NCBI GenBank assembly: GCA_037137755.1
Contig: JBAXJR010000006.1
Coordinates: 1 to 64,000 of the forward strand
Direction of reading: 5' to 3'
Length of the DNA stretch: 64,000 nucleotides
From: Methanomicrobiales archaeon
GTDB lineage: Archaea > Halobacteriota > Methanomicrobia > Methanomicrobiales > Methanospirillaceae
Positions 59,442 to 64,000 of this stretch are shown piece by piece (the stretch's first letter is position 1; each line of letters opens with the position of its first letter). A model generated the notes under the pieces. That model was not told the DNA's origin and did no database searches. It was given only the letters and a program-made list of their open reading frames with translations. The position numbers and the translations under genes are program-made.

Positions 59442-60031
59442 TAATGGCTGGTGGTGCCGGCACACGCCTCATGCTTGGGGAAAAACCGCTGGTGACAATA
59501 AACGGGACACCTATGATATCTCTGGTCCTGTCTGCGTTTCAAAAGACAGGGTACGATCCGATAATTGTTACATCCCCAAGGACACCCTTCACCATGAACT
59601 GGGCAAGAGCGAATAGAATTGAATACTTCAGGGGAGCCGGGCATGGATACATACGGGACCTGCAGGAGGCGGTGAAATCTATTGAAGAAACCGGCCCGTT
59701 TTTTACCTGTGTGGCAGATCTCCCCTGTCTTTCCGCGAGTCATATAATTGAAATACGAACCGCATACGAATCTTCGGGAAAAGAGGCTCTTTCCGCCTGG
59801 GTGCCTGCCCGATGCCCCGCAGAAGCGGTTGAAATGCCTTATACCGAGTGTATCTGCGGCGTTGATGCCTGTCCCGCTGGAATTAATATCCTCATGGGTG
59901 ACCGCATGGATCGCCCACAGGAGGAAGAAAAATTTCTCCTGGTGGACCGTCACCTTGCATATAATATCAATACCAGGAGCGATCTGGAACGGGTACGCCG
60001 TTTTTTTTCACGTTCACTACTACAGAAGTAA
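59429..60031 (+). CDS. cobY: Adenosylcobinamide-phosphate guanylyltransferase
   Basis: LIMAGGAGTRL...EKPL, GYIRDL, ADLP and NINT motifs. Confidence 0.82.
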   Translation: MRALIMAGGAGTRLMLGEKPLVTINGTPMISLVLSAFQKTGYDPIIVTSPRTPFTMNWARANRIEYFRGAGHGYIRDLQEAVKSIEETGPFFTCVADLPCLSASHIIEIRTAYESSGKEALSAWVPARCPAEAVEMPYTECICGVDACPAGINILMGDRMDRPQEEEKFLLVDRHLAYNINTRSDLERVRRFFSRSLLQK

Positions 60032-60309
60032 AACAATCCTGGTAACTGCAAGGATAAATTACGTTTTTTTTAAATCCATAAAAACAGACTTCAAGCTGGA
60101 TTTGATAAAAATATTTTTGAAAACAAACGAATGGTATTTCAGTATTCGGGGAAGCAAGGTCTGCGCATGATTTAGGGAAATTCCTGGGACACAATGTAAT
60201 TGATCCAGGTATTTTAGCTCCCGGATTATACATTGAATTACAAGAAAAAAAATTACGACCGGATTAAAGCAAAAATAAAATAAAATAGCAGCAGAGCCCA
60301 TATTCTATT

Positions 60310-61548
60310 ATGGAAGCCTCGCGGGAGATCGAGCTTGAAGGCCATATTATCGACTCGGGCATCATGACTCAGATCTTTGATAAGATAATGGATATGGGGG
60401 GTAATTTTGAGATCCTCGTATTTGATGTAGGAAAGCAGAAGACAGACCCCAGCTATGCGCGCCTGAAAGTAAATGCCGCGAATGATGAACGAGTCGATGC
60501 CATCATCTCCGAGCTTCACCGCTATGGAGCCCGTCTCCTTGCAATCGCTGATGTCAACGTAATACCTGCCGAGGCTGACCGTGTTGTTCCAAAAGGCTTC
60601 TATTCAACAACCAACTACCCGACATCGGTGAAATACCGTGAGTCATGGATCCCTGTCCAGGCAATAGAGATGGATTGCCTGGTTGTGCTTGATACAGAGA
60701 GGCTCGTTGCAAGGAGCACCCCCCTGTCAAAACTAAAGAAAAATGATATGGTTGTGGTCGGTGAGCAGGGTGTAAGGATTGTCCCCCCGGAACGGCCAAG
60801 GGAAAAGACCAACTTCGAATTCATGCATGGGACGGTATCTTCAGAACGTCCCAGTGAAACGATAATCGCGAGGGTTGCGAAAGAGATCCTCGAGGTACAC
60901 AGGAAAGGTGGAAAAATTGCCCTCGTGGGTGGGCCTGCAATCATTCATACCGGTGCTGACATGGCACTGGCGGAGATTATCAGGAAAGGTTACATCAACG
61001 TCCTTTTTGCAGGGAATGCGCTTGCCACTCATGATATAGAGTATAACCTGTTTGGGACCTCGCTGGGGATGGACCTGTCAACGGGTAAGCCCGTTACCGG
61101 TGGGCACAAAAACCACCTGTATGCAATAAGTGAGATCATGAGGGCAGGGTCAATTAAAAAGGCGGTTGAACAGGGCATTATCACGGGAGGGATCATGTAC
61201 GAATGTGTGAAGAACGATGTGCCTTTCGTACTGGCAGGTTCCATCAGGGATGACGGTCCCCTCCCCGATGTGATTACTGACATCCTTGAGGCACAGGACC
61301 GGATGCGAGATTATACCCAGTCATGCAGCATGGTCCTGATGGTGGCAACGCTGCTCCATTCAATCGCGGTGGGAAACTGTCTCCCCTCGTATGTCAAGAC
61401 CGTATGTGTTGACATCAATCCGTCGTCCGTGACAAAATTAATGGACAGGGGGACTATGCAGGCAATAGGGGTGGTAAGTGATGCCGGAACATTCCTGCCC
61501 CTCCTGGCAAAACAACTTGATATCCAGAGTGGATGCAGCGAAATCTGA
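60310..61548 (+). CDS. TIGR00300 family protein (homolog of the AgrE/ArgZ C-terminal region; probable ornithine cyclodeaminase)
   Basis: GHIIDS, FYSTTN, EMDC, GNALATHDIE, AGSIRDDGPLP and TKLMDRG motifs. Confidence 0.85.
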   Translation: MEASREIELEGHIIDSGIMTQIFDKIMDMGGNFEILVFDVGKQKTDPSYARLKVNAANDERVDAIISELHRYGARLLAIADVNVIPAEADRVVPKGFYSTTNYPTSVKYRESWIPVQAIEMDCLVVLDTERLVARSTPLSKLKKNDMVVVGEQGVRIVPPERPREKTNFEFMHGTVSSERPSETIIARVAKEILEVHRKGGKIALVGGPAIIHTGADMALAEIIRKGYINVLFAGNALATHDIEYNLFGTSLGMDLSTGKPVTGGHKNHLYAISEIMRAGSIKKAVEQGIITGGIMYECVKNDVPFVLAGSIRDDGPLPDVITDILEAQDRMRDYTQSCSMVLMVATLLHSIAVGNCLPSYVKTVCVDINPSSVTKLMDRGTMQAIGVVSDAGTFLPLLAKQLDIQSGCSEI

Positions 61549-61641
61549 CGCATATATCCGGACACTTTTTTCTATAGAGTTGCACCGACCTCTTCGTTAT
61601 GCGCTGGGAGCGTTTACAATAGTAATGCCAGATAAACTTCT

Positions 61642-62628
61642 CTACCGTGTAAGTGGCATGCACCAGGGCATTTCCTGTGACATTACAAGCTCCCACTCAT
61701 CCCTGCAGGGGCACTCCATGTTAGAAATAGCCTGAATCACCGACCGATCGCCTGACATGGAGTAAAATTTTATTGCATCAATAATATCCCTGTCACACTC
61801 ACCACAGTTATGCGCCCCTCGTGATTGTCCGCCCCCAAGTGGATCGCACAGAACTTCCATTGGTGCAGTTGCAAGAACATCCGCCACGCTCCAGAGATAT
61901 GGTGGGCGATAGGCCCCCTGTCTCCAGTAACGTTCCATATCAGTACCCCGTTGTACCGTGCAGGTATTCATCGAGATGATATCCGCATTGCCTGAAAGGT
62001 CGGCCAGTGACTGCTTCATATCAGTCAAAGCTTCTTTTTCTGTCAGGAAAAGAGGTTTCATAAGGAGGTATGCTTTTACTCCCACCCCGGCAACCCTCGC
62101 TGCCCGGACCGCCTGGTTATAATCATCGAAGGAAAAACCCTTGTCAATGGATTTTTCCCTTATCTGGTCGTTCGTTGTTTCGAGCCCGATAGCGACATAC
62201 AGCGGTTTTGCGTTTGTCCCATCATCGATACGCGATATGAAATCTCCGAGTATTTCCTCATTCACGTATTCCGGCCGGGTTTCCGCGATGATTATTTTAC
62301 CCCTGAATAAGACACCTGCTTCTTCAAGCACGGCATGTGGGACTTCGTCGGGATCAAAGAAACTGCCGGAAGTATACAATTTTATTATTTCAATGTCATC
62401 TATCGGAATAGCATGTGTTACAAACCGGAGTTGCCGGATGAGGCGGTCCGCAAGCTCTTTCTTTGAAAGTCCCACATACCGTTCATGCCGGTAACTGCAC
62501 ATCAGGCAACGATTCCAGGAACACCCGCCGGACTTTAAAATTATTGTCAGTGTTTTTTGTTCCCGGCCTTCATGTCGATCGGTCCCCTGCCAGAAGGCAA
62601 GCGGCTTTTCCTCCTCATTAGCAAGCAT
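61642..62628 (-). CDS. Radical SAM protein of archaeosine synthesis (RaSEA, TIGR01210-like)
   Basis: GCSWNRCLMC, YTSGSF, ETRPE, IGLET, LMKP, YRPPYLWS and RGAHNC motifs. Confidence 0.85.
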   Translation of the reverse strand: MLANEEEKPLAFWQGTDRHEGREQKTLTIILKSGGCSWNRCLMCSYRHERYVGLSKKELADRLIRQLRFVTHAIPIDDIEIIKLYTSGSFFDPDEVPHAVLEEAGVLFRGKIIIAETRPEYVNEEILGDFISRIDDGTNAKPLYVAIGLETTNDQIREKSIDKGFSFDDYNQAVRAARVAGVGVKAYLLMKPLFLTEKEALTDMKQSLADLSGNADIISMNTCTVQRGTDMERYWRQGAYRPPYLWSVADVLATAPMEVLCDPLGGGQSRGAHNCGECDRDIIDAIKFYSMSGDRSVIQAISNMECPCRDEWELVMSQEMPWCMPLTR

Positions 62629-62653
62629 TAACAGCTTACTAGTTGAACGTTAT

Positions 62654-63772
62654 ATGATGAAAAAGATCATCATCTTCGCAATATTCTGCCTTCTCCTCAC
62701 CGGGGTTGCATCCGCATATGAAATACGGATTGATGCACCCCAGTCCCTTAAATTGGGTGAGACTATTGTGGTGAACGGGACCACGAGCCTTCCGGCCGGG
62801 ATTTCATTTGATATCATGCTCACGCGCTCAGAATATACGAGCGAGGTGAAAGCAACTAAGCACGTAACGGTCCAGGGTGACAAGAATTTCACCGTGGAAT
62901 TCCCCACCACCGGCTATACACGGGGCTTCTATAAAGTTGAGATACTGCCGACCGGGGAGTTCCGGTACCTTGGAGATTCTATCACCATGAGGGTTGTGAC
63001 CCTTGTAGACCGATCGGACGAGGTAAAAATCACCTCATTGCCAAGACAATACTTAAACGGTGTGCTTCATGTGACCGGCTACGCAAATAATGTCAGGAAT
63101 GATGCTGTTGAGGTTCAGGTCGATAATCCGGATGGGACTCGTCTCTTCGGCCCGTCATTTATCCCAACCAATCTTGATGGAATGTTCTCAAAAGATTTTG
63201 AAATAGAAAAAAACGGTGTTTACCAGGTCAAGCTCAGCGACCGGAAAGGTTTTATCGGGTCCTATAATATCAGTGTCCTTGATCAGGACGTCAGTGCCGT
63301 TCCGGTTGTAACTTCTCCACCTGCCAGCCAGACTCCTGATACAACGTCATCAATCCAGTCAGCATCGATTTTTTCAACCCGCGATCAACCTGCTTATTTT
63401 TCTGTGGCGACCCGTGTAGGACCTGTAAGGGTATACACGTCTTCTGGTACTGACTGGGTCATCGAGTACACTGACCCGTCGGGGCAGCGAGTGAAAACAA
63501 ATACCAAGGGAGCAGGTTTCCCCGAGGAGCTTACTATCCAGGGTAACGGGGAGACACAATACTTCATGGTCTACCCGAATAAGTATTCAGATAAGGCAAA
63601 CGTCACCTTTTTTGGAGAGAATACAAACAATATCGGTGCAAGCCTGATCCCACCCACAGGTTTTGTCCCTTCTGCCACGGTTCCGCAGGTCCCCACAACA
63701 AAGGCAACGTTCCCTACCATAATCGTAATCATTTCCCTGGGCCTTTTCGCGCTCATCTGGCAGAGGAAATAA
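62654..63772 (+). CDS. Cell-surface protein with signal peptide, Thr/Pro-rich linkers and C-terminal TM anchor
   Basis: Signal peptide MMKKIIIFAIFCLLLTGVASA; C-terminus PTTKATFP + hydrophobic helix + RK. Confidence 0.8.
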   Translation: MMKKIIIFAIFCLLLTGVASAYEIRIDAPQSLKLGETIVVNGTTSLPAGISFDIMLTRSEYTSEVKATKHVTVQGDKNFTVEFPTTGYTRGFYKVEILPTGEFRYLGDSITMRVVTLVDRSDEVKITSLPRQYLNGVLHVTGYANNVRNDAVEVQVDNPDGTRLFGPSFIPTNLDGMFSKDFEIEKNGVYQVKLSDRKGFIGSYNISVLDQDVSAVPVVTSPPASQTPDTTSSIQSASIFSTRDQPAYFSVATRVGPVRVYTSSGTDWVIEYTDPSGQRVKTNTKGAGFPEELTIQGNGETQYFMVYPNKYSDKANVTFFGENTNNIGASLIPPTGFVPSATVPQVPTTKATFPTIIVIISLGLFALIWQRK

Positions 63773-63912
63773 TTTTTTTCTGACCGGAAGGATAAAAATT
63801 GATTTTTTTATAAGCTGGTCACGTTTAACAGTAACCGCAACTTTTCCCTATCAGTGTTAACCTGGTTATTTGGATACCTTTTTTACACCGAATCCCCAAT
63901 AGTATTGAGCGG

Positions 63913-63997
63913 GCCGAGGTAGTCTAGTCCGGAAAGGCGGTGGCCTTGAAAGCCACTGGTGCCTGGCACCTCAAGAGTTCAAATCTCTTCCTCGGCG
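63913..63997 (+). tRNA. tRNA-Ser (anticodon TGA)
   Basis: Acceptor stem GCCGAGG/CCTCGGC; anticodon arm GTGGC-CTTGAAA-GCCAC; long variable arm; T-arm AAGAG-TTCAAAT-CTCTT; no intron and no encoded CCA. Confidence 0.95.
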
Positions 63998-64000
63998 CTA

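Noticed and set aside
63913-64000. tRNA-Ser as an integration site
   Set aside because: The window ends 3 nt after the tRNA, and no integrase or duplicated 3' end is visible.

Overview
Core-genome window from a methanogenic archaeon, most likely Methanomicrobiales (inferred from gene content: PAN, PCNA, PriL, Alba, rpS17e, aMBF1, archaeosine genes, aroA'/aroB', cdrS-ftsZ). It carries about 57 CDS, an RNase P RNA (minus strand, ~37272-37627) and tRNA-Ser(TGA) at the right edge. I saw no CRISPR array, transposase or integrase. The most notable locus is an operon at 8788-16911. It encodes a long, bacterial-type acetyl-CoA synthase (AcsB), both corrinoid Fe-S protein subunits, the RACo/AcsV activator, a folate-independent core methionine synthase (MesB-like) and an AcsF/CooC Ni chaperone. 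There is no CO dehydrogenase and no AcsE in the cluster, which suggests an acetyl-CoA-cleaving module that supplies methyl groups for methionine. Other candidates are a Tyr/Phe-rich uORF with an anti-SD hairpin before the aromatic amino acid operon, an 11-bp-periodic operator array before cdrS-ftsZ, two structured leader/ncRNA candidates, and an unannotated 58-aa membrane protein antisense to the priL 3' end. All family calls come from motif recognition by eye; no database search was run.
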